This document shows positions 12,108-24,308 of a stretch of 60,000 bases of DNA, piece after piece. The notes beneath the pieces were generated by a model, which did not search any database, was not told where the DNA came from, and saw nothing but the letters and a program-made list of their open reading frames with translations. The stretch's first letter is position 1, and each line of letters starts with the position of its first letter. Position numbers and translations under genes: made by a program. The stretch spans positions 31,560,001-31,620,000 of the forward strand of contig OZ076409.1 of NCBI GenBank assembly GCA_964187785.1, read 5' to 3'. The DNA comes from Amphiscolops sp. MND2022. Lineage: Eukaryota.

Positions 12108-12456
12108 GGGTGGGCGGAAGTAGGTCGAAGGAACGGGATCGAAAATCAGAGTTAGTCCTCAGGTCGACATACCAATTTTTTGAATGGGATCGAAACAACT
12201 CGGATCGAAATTTTTATAAAATAGTCAGATATGTTCACATACCCCTAGTGCCCTGAATGCAGGAGCGAAGCGAAGCGGAGCGACGTGCCATATGGCCATG
12301 CCTCAATGTTGCTACTTGGCGAAGGGAGCGAAGCGACCGAGCCATACAACAAATACGATAAAATTCGACCGCATTCCATTCGATCCCTGTAATTCGATCA
12401 AAAGGTTCGACCTCTGTCCTTTCGACCAGAAAAATTCGACCTGTTTACAGCCACCC
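12108..12456. mobile_element. MITE-like element with TCGAA subrepeats
   Basis: TIRs GGGTGGGCGGAAGTAGGTCGAA / TTCGACCTGTTTACAGCCACCC. The core is shared (inverted) with 9818-9945. Confidence 0.65.
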
Positions 12457-12744
12457 GCTCCTGTTCTACCTCGCTTAGCAAGATGGAAACATGAGCGGCC
12501 CCAAGGGGCCGCGGGGCACTAGAGGAAATGGGGACATATCCGAGACACGTTTTAGACTTTGTATCACTTTATAGCTTTAGATTTTGATTGACTTGGAATT
12601 TTCCCAATTATAGACATTCCGTTTCTTAGACGTATTTTTATGATTTTTGGATATATATATAGACGTTAATCCAGTTTTTTAGACGTTATTCCCAGTGGAC
12701 CTTTAGACTTTCTTCAGACGTTATTCCCTCCTCTAAAACGCCAT

Positions 12745-13309
12745 GACGGTGTTACCATGATTCCTTGGGAAATGGGTAAAAAACTGGTGTGTGATGTCTT
12801 GTTTGTGGATGCTCTTGCACCCAGTCGCCTGAATCAATGCTCTTTATACAACCCGGGAATCACCGTCACCGAGGCTGAAGCGGTATCCAATGAATACATT
12901 TTTTCAACCGGTGGAATTGGAAGTACAGGGTTCTTTAGGCGAGAGCAGTTAAATTTTCATCACGCGTCTCTGTAAAATGCTCTGTCGTTCGCACGACGAT
13001 CAACGAGCTGGCAGCTTTTTGAAACAACGGATTTCAATGACTCTTCAGATCGGCAATACGGCTTGGGTTCTAGGAACTGTGAGCTACAGAGATGCGTTCG
13101 AAGAAATTTGTTACATATAGCTTATTATTTTAAACCTCTATATCGTTGCAGCTTTTAAAAAATTTCCACCGGTCTACTGGGATAGTGGCTGGTATGGTGT
13201 TCCCTACTTTCGTTGCAGACCACGGGTGTGTCTTCTCCCCCCAACATGATGATACACCTGGCACTTGATTGATGACAAAGATCCATGATATCTGATAGAG
13301 GAAAAAAAA
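12745..13309 (+). mobile_element. CRE element, 3' piece (RLE nuclease, 3' UTR, A tail)
   Basis: DGVTMIPWEMGKKLVCDV..VDALAPS, F.PV.LEVQGSLG, FLKQRISMTLQIGN; stop ~13120; A run at 13302-13309. Confidence 0.85.
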
Positions 13310-14249
13310 TTTTGTGTATCTCTCATTCGAGCTCGGATCCTTTTGTCATCAACAATTCTCCAGTTCGATTGGCTGAAAATAAGTTTTTTGGTTTGGAACA
13401 CTAACTTGACTTGCTGTATGCACTGCTTTCTGTTCGCAGTACAAGAACCACATTAATGGGCGCAGAGGTCGAAAGATCAGAACTGAACTTGTGATGGATT
13501 CGGTGACAATTTAGAAGAAAGAAGCTAATGATCCAAAAATCTTCTGAAGCCTGTGTATTTAAGCGTATTATTATTATTGACTGATTTGCAGGTTTTATGG
13601 CGAAGAAGTTCGGATGTAGGAAAAGGCCAGGTTTTGATTCATTTCCTGTGTGGACGTCCTTAAAGAATTATTCATGGACAGATCCTTTGGGACTTGAAAT
13701 CAGCGATACAGAAGTTACCCATACTACTATGCAACTTCGAAGACTATCAACTGGCATAAATAGTTCCGTATCTCCGGTTCAGAGTAAACGCAGACATAGT
13801 TCCAATTCACAAAGCTCACGTCCGAGGTCTAAATCCAAGTCGCAAGAGTATTGCAGATCGGAAGATGATGCGCGTCATTCAAAAAGGAAGAGGTTAAAAT
13901 TTTTTATTTATATTGCCGTGAGGTGTACTATCAGTGATATCCAGTTGAAAATAATTTTTAAGTAGCTCAGACCATTTAGCTGAATAAGACCTAGAGCCCA
14001 CTGACTTCTTAGGCGGACCAAGCTGTGCTTCATCAGTCAAAAATATTCCAAAATTTAAAACTCAATTGCGTTTGTATTTCAAGAAATTTACGCTGAAAAC
14101 AACCCCTAAAAACTCAGGGTTCCCACAATAAATTCGACAATCATGTCATTAATTTACATTTTTAAACTAAAAAACGAAGTTTGATTATTAACATAACACC
14201 GCCTGCCTGAATCGAAGCAAATCAAATTAAGTTTACAAGGCACAATGAA

Positions 14250-14550
14250 AAAACCGGGAACGGGCCAAGTCGGCGCTCGATTTTGAAAAAAGTAGGTTTT
14301 AGGAGTCGGGAAAATTTTAGACTACTCATGCAATGTAGCGACCTCCAGTAAGCAAAAGGAGTAGTATACGAATTACCGATCCTGATATAACCAGTCAATA
14401 AATTAAGCATATTTCCAAGACAAATCATTAAAATTTAGCGTTTTTTCGCAATTAAAAATCAAAATAAAAATCACTGAACAAAAGTTTTCATTACACAAAC
14501 GGTGAAAATATTTGTCACAAGGAAAAATTCTCCAACCTCTATGGTAGTAT
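14250..14550 (-). mobile_element. Helentron/HINE-like 3' end (duplicated at ~18193-18493)
   Basis: Minus strand GCGCCGACT subTIR followed by a short GC-rich segment (TGGCCCGTTCCCGG) and a T run; same subTIR as 26995. Internal part recurs inverted at 53594-53731. Confidence 0.5.
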
Positions 14551-15179
14551 GGTAGTAATAATGTAAAAGCTTCAAAACACCATGTGCATCCAAGTGGTAA
14601 CACAAGTGTTCGATAAAATAACCACCATGCAATTTTTCAACGCATAGATATTAAAATTTCTTGGAAATCTCACATCAAAGAAAAGATAACACACAGCTGT
14701 CTATTATTTTCTAATAGTTCAGTATTAATTTCAGTATCAGTGTTTTTATACCCAATCTTAATACATGGGAAAATATACTTTACTTAATATCTCAAAGGGA
14801 AATCATTTTTGAGAAAAACATCAGAAACAAAAGTTGTAGAGAATCAACAGTTACACACATTTTAATTCTGAACGTTTTCTAAAATCAACCCCCCAATTAC
14901 CAGGTGTAAAAACTGGGTTTTTCTCACTTCTCGAAATTGAGTCATCCTACTATACCGACTCAGGCGATCAAAGTTATAGACAATAACAAGACAAACTTTT
15001 TTCAAAAATAAAATTTTCCATAACCCGAACCCAGCAATCAACACCTATCAAAACAGGTGTAAAAATGGGTTTTTCTGTCAAAACAGGTGTAAAAAAAGGT
15101 AAGAAAAATATAAAATTTCCAATTTTTGAAAATATATTCATAGAAAAATTTCAAACTATTTTTTCTTCATTAAATAGAA

Positions 15180-17258
15180 ATTGAGAATTGTTGTATTTGT
15201 GATTCTAATTATAAAAAATCCTTCAAATCTGATCATTATAAATCAGTAAAACATCTTGAAAAATTAAATCAATATCATGTAATTTTTATATGCCCTTATC
15301 AGATAAAAGTTCTCATTTAAGTTCAGATGAACACAAGAACAAAACCAAACAACAACTTGTTGGCGTGAAGATTGTGGTAAATATATATCTGATAAAACAA
15401 GACATTTCCAAAGTGAAATTCATTTTCAGAAAAATCAAAGTAATTTTAGTCAAGTTACGCAGTCCGGTATACAGTCCGGTACGCAGTCCGGTGTAAAAGT
15501 AATTGTGCATGAAAAAACATAATGAAATTTAAAATAAATCCAAATATGAATACACAGTACGGTAATCTCGAATATCACATAGATGAATTACTTAGTAAGA
15601 ATTACTTTTCCCGATATAAATATCAATTGAGTTATTTAGCTAAGTACAAAACACATCAACGGAGAAGAACATATAATTCACAAATGGGTAAAAATCAGAT
15701 TTTAACTATAATCACTCTAATGAAGATCATACAATTCATAACACATTAATACAGAAATTAAATGATGAACAATTGGAAGGATCAGGTTTTGTTTTCAATA
15801 TATAGAAGAAGCCGTATTAGAAATATATAAAGTTAATATTAAAGCATCTTCATATATTGAATTACCACCAAATTATAAAAACAGTCATTCAATTGTAAAT
15901 GAAAAATGATGATCAATTGTTTTTTATGGTGTATATTAGCATATTTATTTCCAGTTGAGGATAATAAAAATATCAAAATGTGATTCATATGTCGACTTTG
16001 TGTTTGGAAGGTTTAGAATTCCATATGAAAGTTATTGATATATCTAAATTTGAAAGACTTAATAGAGTAAATATGAGTGTATTTGAATTAAACGGAACAG
16101 TCTTAACACCAATTCATATTAATAAAAATTACTTACAACCACAAATAGATTTATTACTGTATCAAAATCACTACTGTCTAATAAAGCTGCATTGTTTAAT
16201 GAATAAAGATTCACATATGAAACATGTTTGTAGGAGTTGTTTAACAGCATTTAGTTCACAACCGGTTCTAATTGATCATATAGATCGTTGTCAAAAACAA
16301 GAACCAACCAATATCGCTTTCAGTTGGAAGAATCACCTAAAATTCGAAGACAACCTTATAATAATACCTTCACCTATTAGAGTGTATGCAGATTTCGAAT
16401 GTTTTAATCAACCTCGAAAAGACCCCAAAGTATTATTTAAACAAATTCCAATTGCAGTAGGATTTTATCTAATTTCCCCATTTGGAAATCAATACTATTC
16501 ATACTTCGGTGAAGGGTGTGTAACATGGTTTGTAAATAAAATGATAATAGAAAAATTTGCTAGTAACTATTTTAAAACAAATTTAGAATTACAAATAACT
16601 CTTCAAGAAGAAGAACAGTTCCAACAATCTACCATATGTTGGCTGTGCGAACAACTTTTTACTGAAGGTAAAGTAAGAGATCATGATCACCTAATAGGAA
16701 AATACAGATGAGCAGCCCATTCTAAATGTAATATAAATGTTAAACAAAAGCAATCAAGTTTTGTTCCTATGTTTTTCCAAACTTTTCTGGATATGATAGT
16801 CATCTTATATTTGAGAAACTCTCAGCACAAGCTTACAAAATGGGGTATTAACCAAAAATAATTCCAAAGTCAATGGAAAATTATGTTAGTGTACAAGTAG
16901 GTTGTTCGAGATTCTTAGATTCATAACGTTTTTTAAGTAGTAGTATAAACAGTTTTCCCATCTGGGATTCCAACAATTTGAAAAATGAATTCTTGAAAAA
17001 GAAATTGGCTTATCCTTATGAATACCTTAATCTTAGTAATATCCAAGAACCATTAAATCTAGCAAAAGAAGGCTTTTGGTCAACACTAAAACAAGAAATC
17101 TCTCCAGATGAAGAAATTAACCGTACACAAAAAATTAATAAAAAGTTTAATATAAAGAACGGACAAGAATTAACTGTTATTTAAAAATGGATGTTCTTCT
17201 ATTAGCTGATGTCTTTGAGAACTTTGTTGTGAAGTCTACTCTTATGTATGGTATTAAT
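15180..17258 (+). pseudogene. polB: Protein-primed family B DNA polymerase, 5' part (duplicate, truncated)
   Basis: EGSGFVF, HYCLIK, VYADFEC (ExoI), DHDHLIGKYR*AAH..CN, GYDSHLI (ExoII), AYPYEY, DVLLLADVFENF (ExoIII). Confidence 0.9.
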
Positions 17259-17260
17259 AC

Positions 17261-20200
17261 ATCTCTCATTCGAGCTCGGATCCTTTTGTCATCAACAATT
17301 CTCCAGTTCGATTGGCTGAAAATAAGTTTTTTGGTTTGGAACACTAACTTGACTTGCTGTATGCACTGCTTTCTGTTCGCAGTACAAGAACCACATTAAT
17401 GGGCGCAGAGGTCGAAAGATCAGAACTGAACTTGTGATGGATTCGGTGACAATTTAGAAGAAAGAAGCTAATGATCCAAAAATCTTCTGAAGCCTGTGTA
17501 TTTAAGCGTATTATTATTATTGACTGATTTGCAGGTTTTATGGCGAAGAAGTTCGGATGTAGGAAAAGGCCAGGTTTTGATTCATTTCCTGTGTGGACGT
17601 CCTTAAAGAATTATTCATGGACAGATCCTTTGGGACTTGAAATCAGCGATACAGAAGTTACCCATACTACTATGCAACTTCGAAGACTATCAACTGGCAT
17701 AAATAGTTCCGTATCTCCGGTTCAGAGTAAACGCAGACATAGTTCCAATTCACAAAGCTCACGTCCGAGGTCTAAATCCAAGTCGCAAGAGTATTGCAGA
17801 TCGGAAGATGATGCGCGTCATTCAAAAAGGAAGAGGTTAAAATTTTTTATTTATATTGCCGTGAGGTGTACTATCAGTGATATCCAGTTGAAAATAATTT
17901 TTAAGTAGCTCAGACCATTTAGCTGAATAAGACCTAGAGCCCACTGACTTCTTAGGCGGACCAAGCTGTGCTTCATCAGTCAAAAATATTCCAAAATTTA
18001 AAACTCAATTGCGTTTGTATTTCAAGAAATTTACGCTGAAAACAACCCCTAAAAACTCAGGGTTCCCACAATAAATTCGACAATCATGTCATTAATTTAC
18101 ATTTTTAAACTAAAAAACGAAGTTTGATTATTAACATAACACCGCCTGCCTGAATCGAAGCAAATCAAATTAAGTTTACAAGGCACAATGAAAAAACCGG
18201 GAACGGGCCAAGTCGGCGCTCGATTTTGAAAAAAGTAGGTTTTAGGAGTCGGGAAAATTTTAGACTACTCATGCAATGTAGCGACCTCCAGTAAGCAAAA
18301 GGAGTAGTATACGAATTACCGATCCTGATATAACCAGTCAATAAATTAAGCATATTTCCAAGACAAATCATTAAAATTTAGCGTTTTTTCGCAATTAAAA
18401 ATCAAAATAAAAATCACTGAACAAAAGTTTTCATTACACAAACGGTGAAAATATTTGTCACAAGGAAAAATTCTCCAACCTCTATGGTAGTATGGTAGTA
18501 ATAATGTAAAAGCTTCAAAACACCATGTGCATCCAAGTGGTAACACAAGTGTTCGATAAAATAACCACCATGCAATTTTTCAACGCATAGATATTAAAAT
18601 TTCTTGGAAATCTCACATCAAAGAAAAGATAACACACAGCTGTCTATTATTTTCTAATAGTTCAGTATTAATTTCAGTATCAGTGTTTTTATACCCAATC
18701 TTAATACATGGGAAAATATACTTTACTTAATATCTCAAAGGGAAATCATTTTTGAGAAAAACATCAGAAACAAAAGTTGTAGAGAATCAACAGTTACACA
18801 CATTTTAATTCTGAACGTTTTCTAAAATCAACCCCCCAATTACCAGGTGTAAAAACTGGGTTTTTCTCACTTCTCGAAATTGAGTCATCCTACTATACCG
18901 ACTCAGGCGATCAAAGTTATAGACAATAACAAGACAAACTTTTTTCAAAAATAAAATTTTCCATAACCCGAACCCAGCAATCAACACCTATCAAAACAGG
19001 TGTAAAAATGGGTTTTTCTGTCAAAACAGGTGTAAAAAAAGGTAAGAAAAATATAAAATTTCCAATTTTTGAAAATATATTCATAGAAAAATTTCAAACT
19101 ATTTTTTCTTCATTAAATAGAAATTGAGAATTGTTGTATTTGTGATTCTAATTATAAAAAATCCTTCAAATCTGATCATTATAAATCAGTAAAACATCTT
19201 GAAAAATTAAATCAATATCATGTAATTTTTATATGCCCTTATCAGATAAAAGTTCTCATTTAAGTTCAGATGAACACAAGAACAAAACCAAACAACAACT
19301 TGTTGGCGTGAAGATTGTGGTAAATATATATCTGATAAAACAAGACATTTCCAAAGTGAAATTCATTTTCAGAAAAATCAAAGTAATTTTAGTCAAGTTA
19401 CGCAGTCCGGTATACAGTCCGGTACGCAGTCCGGTGTAAAAGTAATTGTGCATGAAAAAACATAATGAAATTTAAAATAAATCCAAATATGAATACACAG
19501 TACGGTAATCTCGAATATCACATAGATGAATTACTTAGTAAGAATTACTTTTCCCGATATAAATATCAATTGAGTTATTTAGCTAAGTACAAAACACATC
19601 AACGGAGAAGAACATATAATTCACAAATGGGTAAAAATCAGATTTTAACTATAATCACTCTAATGAAGATCATACAATTCATAACACATTAATACAGAAA
19701 TTAAATGATGAACAATTGGAAGGATCAGGTTTTGTTTTCAATATATAGAAGAAGCCGTATTAGAAATATATAAAGTTAATATTAAAGCATCTTCATATAT
19801 TGAATTACCACCAAATTATAAAAACAGTCATTCAATTGTAAATGAAAAATGATGATCAATTGTTTTTTATGGTGTATATTAGCATATTTATTTCCAGTTG
19901 AGGATAATAAAAATATCAAAATGTGATTCATATGTCGACTTTGTGTTTGGAAGGTTTAGAATTCCATATGAAAGTTATTGATATATCTAAATTTGAAAGA
20001 CTTAATAGAGTAAATATGAGTGTATTTGAATTAAACGGAACAGTCTTAACACCAATTCATATTAATAAAAATTACTTACAACCACAAATAGATTTATTAC
20101 TGTATCAAAATCACTACTGTCTAATAAAGCTGCATTGTTTAATGAATAAAGATTCACATATGAAACATGTTTGTAGGAGTTGTTTAACAGCATTTAGTTC

Positions 20201-21201
20201 ACAACCGGTTCTAATTGATCATATAGATCGTTGTCAAAAACAAGAACCAACCAATATCGCTTTCAGTTGGAAGAATCACCTAAAATTCGAAGACAACCTT
20301 ATAATAATACCTTCACCTATTAGAGTGTATGCAGATTTCGAATGTTTTAATCAACCTCGAAAAGACCCCAAAGTATTATTTAAACAAATTCCAATTGCAG
20401 TAGGATTTTATCTAATTTCCCCATTTGGAAATCAATACTATTCATACTTCGGTGAAGGGTGTGTAACATGGTTTGTAAATAAAATGATAATAGAAAAATT
20501 TGCTAGTAACTATTTTAAAACAAATTTAGAATTACAAATAACTCTTCAAGAAGAAGAACAGTTCCAACAATCTACCATATGTTGGCTGTGCGAACAACTT
20601 TTTACTGAAGGTAAAGTAAGAGATCATGATCACCTAATAGGAAAATACAGATGAGCAGCCCATTCTAAATGTAATATAAATGTTAAACAAAAGCAATCAA
20701 GTTTTGTTCCTATGTTTTTCCAAACTTTTCTGGATATGATAGTCATCTTATATTTGAGAAACTCTCAGCACAAGCTTACAAAATGGGGTATTAACCAAAA
20801 ATAATTCCAAAGTCAATGGAAAATTATGTTAGTGTACAAGTAGGTTGTTCGAGATTCTTAGATTCATAACGTTTTTTAAGTAGTAGTATAAACAGTTTTC
20901 CCATCTGGGATTCCAACAATTTGAAAAATGAATTCTTGAAAAAGAAATTGGCTTATCCTTATGAATACCTTAATCTTAGTAATATCCAAGAACCATTAAA
21001 TCTAGCAAAAGAAGGCTTTTGGTCAACACTAAAACAAGAAATCTCTCCAGATGAAGAAATTAACCGTACACAAAAAATTAATAAAAAGTTTAATATAAAG
21101 AACGGACAAGAATTAACTGTTATTTAAAAATGGATGTTCTTCTATTAGCTGATGTCTTTGAGAACTTTGTTGTGAAGTCTACTCTTATGTATGGTATTAA
21201 T
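17261..21201 (+). repeat. Tandem duplication, copy 2
   Basis: Apparently identical to 13318-17258; only this copy continues into downstream pPolB. Confidence 0.97.
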
Positions 21202-21693
21202 CCGTTGTACAGTCACTCAGCACCAGGTTATACATGGAAAGCTGGATTGAAGTTGACTAATATAAAGTTAGACTTTATAAAAGATAAAGAATTATTATTT
21301 TTAGAGAACAATATACGTGGAGGACTTTCAAGTGTTATGGGTGATAGGCATGTTGTATCGGATGTCAATAAACAAATCTAAAACATTGATGCGAATAATC
21401 TACATGGATGGGCTATGAGTCAATATTTTCCTACTGGTAACTTTGAAAAACTTTTTTCCCGGACAACTCGCAAGAACAAATAGTGGAAGATTCATTACAA
21501 ATTCCAGACAATTACAGGTATTAGTTTTAGATAGCTTCACAGCTTTACGATGCAAGTCATATTGTTTTAGTTACCAAATGCGCGAAGCGTATAATCATTG
21601 TCATGATGACCCGAATGGTGTAGTACAAAAAGCAAAACAGAAAGGAATACAAAACGCCCCTGAATGTGAAGATTACATAAATTCATATAAATA
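19123..21693 (+). pseudogene. polB: Protein-primed family B DNA polymerase with internal deletion
   Basis: As above, plus SAPGYTW, NIRGGLS and IDANNLHGWAMSQ (motif A). Jumps at ~21520 to C-terminal FTALRCKSY..KAKQKGIQ; motifs B and C absent. Confidence 0.9.
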
Positions 21694-22907
21694 TTATATT
21701 AAATCGAAATGCCTTCGTCCATCACTACTGATACTTATCAGCTTGGGTGTTAGGACCACAGCATAAGCTATATTTTCTGCTACAACAATAGCAGCACTAA
21801 ATTTAAATTCTAATCTAATAGGTTGAGTGGCAATATGATCTTTTTGTTTGGATAAGTCGAATACATAAAAATTTATAATTTGTCCTGAATTTATGTATAT
21901 TATTAATGGCCTCAATAGGTTAGTTTCTGTATGCAATCGAAAGAAGTTTTCTATTTCTTGATATGCTTCACGGTAGTTGTCTCTATCATAGTCACATTCA
22001 ATTCCGTCAACAGGATATTTTTTTGATCCTATTTTACAAACAGCATTAGAAGTTGGAAGTTTATCAAATATTGCATTATCATGTTTGCGAATCAATTTTA
22101 TTTCTAGCTTGAAGTCCAAATATTACGAAAGTTGGTGTTGATTCTCCACTTTTCCCCAATTCAAAGGTCCAATTATTATTAGTATTTACATCTTTTCTAA
22201 AAACAACTTTCGGTATAAAATCTTTTTTCAATAGCTGATCCATTAAAATTTGTTGGTTTTCTAAGCTAGGTGTAAAGTGTGGAATATACCAACCAATATC
22301 TTTTAACAATTTTTGCAGCATCTACTCCTGCAGTACGAATAATGGGGTCGTTATTATTATTTCGTTTTAAAGTTAGAGTATAACCTAAACCATATGTTAC
22401 TTTTTCTTGATCAGCAAACCCAAATAAATCACTTAGCTTGATGCTCACAAAGAATGTTCCTTTCTCTGTCTTATTGGTAGTTAGTTCTAATCTTCTGGTT
22501 GCTTGTGATTCTTCGAAACCATACATCAATTCACTGGTTTGCTGACCACTATTTAAAAGTTTATTAATTAAACTTACCGGTGTATATTATCAACTTTTTC
22601 TAAGTGATTATCCGAACTAGTTGTCAGCTTAGCTTCACTGAATAAAGCAACAGGCTCAAAATAATTAAGCTTATCTGATCACCATCGGCATATCTTGTAT
22701 CATCTTGCTTGAGTACTTCAAAATCTACTGATATAAATGAATTTTGTAAACAAATATATGCGTCTTCTCTTGGCAAACTGATAGAAATGTTTGAATTAAA
22801 TTTTATTGACTGTTGATAGAGTATTTGGACTATATTTTATAAAATCAATTTTATGAACAGGCTTATCAAAAGCTTATTTTTTTTTCAATGAAAATAGTTT
22901 CATTCAT
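21694..22907 (-). pseudogene. Major capsid protein (double jelly-roll), frameshifted
   Basis: ISLPREDAYICLQNS, ALFSEAKLT, IKLSDLFGFA, IGWYIPHFTPS, PTFVIFGLQ, KYP..DY..AY, FYVFDLSKQ, IRLEFKF, typical of Polinton/adintovirus capsids. Confidence 0.8.
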
Positions 22908-23038
22908 AACAGAAAAAATTTGCATTAGAATAATACCATGAATCATGAATATGCAAAGCGTTTTCGGCATTCGAAGCCAGCTTTGCTGTATTCATGATGA
23001 TTTAAAATTTGTGCTGATATTCTTTTTACTAAATAATG

Positions 23039-23566
23039 TTAGCCTAAAAAAGTAAACTCAGAATTAAGTTCAGTTTTATTTGTTTTATATACATCGTATG
23101 TTTGTTTTAGTTTGTTGTATTCATTCAGATCTATTTTATTGTCTTCTAGACTTTTTGAATGTAGTTTACAGAAATCATGTAGTGTTCTACCGGCAAGTGT
23201 ATATTTTTTAATATTGTGTTCTTTTGTTTTCAGATACTCACCAATAAACTTACTGAATATGGATGTTCCTGTACCTCCTATACCACTCGCGATGGGTAAA
23301 ACAAGTCCATCTTCGGTAACACTTAACGTGATACATGTTGAAGAAACACCGAATAATAAAACTCCATCAATAGATTGAAATAAACCGTTTATAATTGTAT
23401 TTGTTTTAGATTTCCTTTTATATTTTTTAGCTTCATGATTATAAAAACTTTTATATTCTTTTCTATCTTTTATATTTTGAATTGAATTATTAAAACTATT
23501 TATTTCTTTCAATCGAATATCTAAAACATCTGATTCGCGTAAACTAGGATATAATTTTTCACTCAT
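23039..23566 (-). CDS. Polinton-associated protein with central hydrophobic Gly/Ser-rich hairpin
   Basis: 175-aa ORF; GVLLFGVSSTCITLSVT..LVLPIASGIG; C-terminal KSLEDNKIDLNEY. Function unknown. Confidence 0.55.
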   Translation of the reverse strand: MSEKLYPSLRESDVLDIRLKEINSFNNSIQNIKDRKEYKSFYNHEAKKYKRKSKTNTIINGLFQSIDGVLLFGVSSTCITLSVTEDGLVLPIASGIGGTGTSIFSKFIGEYLKTKEHNIKKYTLAGRTLHDFCKLHSKSLEDNKIDLNEYNKLKQTYDVYKTNKTELNSEFTFLG

Positions 23567-23589
23567 TTAGTTTTGATTAAAAACTTGGT

Positions 23590-24290
23590 TTCAAATTTAT
23601 TTAAATGAAAACATAATTTTATAAAGTATTCACTTTTTATAAAGTATGAAATTGAGCTCAATTTCGGTTAGTTTCATTCTATGTTTAAGGTCAACAATAT
23701 CTTTGTACTGGTATTTCTTCAAACTATTCTACACAGCTTGTCTTGTCGAATAATCTAAATCAGATAAATATTATACACCATCTGATGTTTGTATTTCTTT
23801 TCCGTAATTTTCCAACAAGTATTTATCACTAAAAGTTGGATACTCATTAAAAATTTGGTCTTTGTTTTCAAATAAGTCAAACAATCCTTTATATAGTAAT
23901 TGAATAATATCTTTGACTGCTTCACTTTTACTATTTTCCAATTCTAAAATACAGCTTTGCTGGCTTTGCATAAAGTTTTGTTCGAAGTGATTACGTAAAA
24001 TGACTTGTTGTTCATTGGCTTGTTTGACTGCTTCCGAAATAATTTTTCTTTTTCTAATAATTTATTTTTAATATCTTGTTCTAAATATTTCAAATTTATT
24101 TTTATTTCTATTTGCGAAGCCAGCTTTGCTGTATCTTTATTTATATCTAAGAATAACTTTGCATTGACTACTACCTTGGTTTCACCATCGACATTTGTTT
24201 TAATTAATTTGGTTTGTGACTCCATTTCGTTTTCAAGATTCTCAATCTCAACTTTTTGTAGACTCTCGACACTATAACCAAACTTATGAA
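23590..24290 (-). pseudogene. Polinton hypothetical charged/coiled-coil protein, frameshifted
   Basis: Overlapping ORFs 23944-24225 and 23771-23971 between integrase and the previous gene. Confidence 0.4.
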
Positions 24291-24308
24291 TTCTTTATTT
24301 AGGTATAA

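Larger units (their letters stand above)
8692..12735. mobile_element. Composite non-autonomous Mutator/foldback-like insertion with 9-bp TSD
   Basis: TSD AAACGCCAT (8683-8691, 12736-12744) splits the KR(P)DG motif. Ends are inverted arrays of GGAATAACGTCTAA. No transposase seen. Confidence 0.75.
13318..17258 (+). repeat. Tandem duplication, copy 1 (period 3943 bp)
   Basis: All ORFs recur identically at +3943 (13597/17540, 15980/19923); junction ...GGTATTAAT-AC-ATCTCTCATT. Confidence 0.97.

Noticed and set aside
13245..13296. Bona fide box C/D snoRNA gene
   Set aside because: Putative guide segments differ between the two copies and it lies in a retroelement 3' UTR; kept only as a low-interest finding.
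13597..13965. Ser/Arg-rich ORF as a host gene
   Set aside because: It has a plausible acceptor (TTTGCAG ~13591) but no recognisable domain or supportable gene model.
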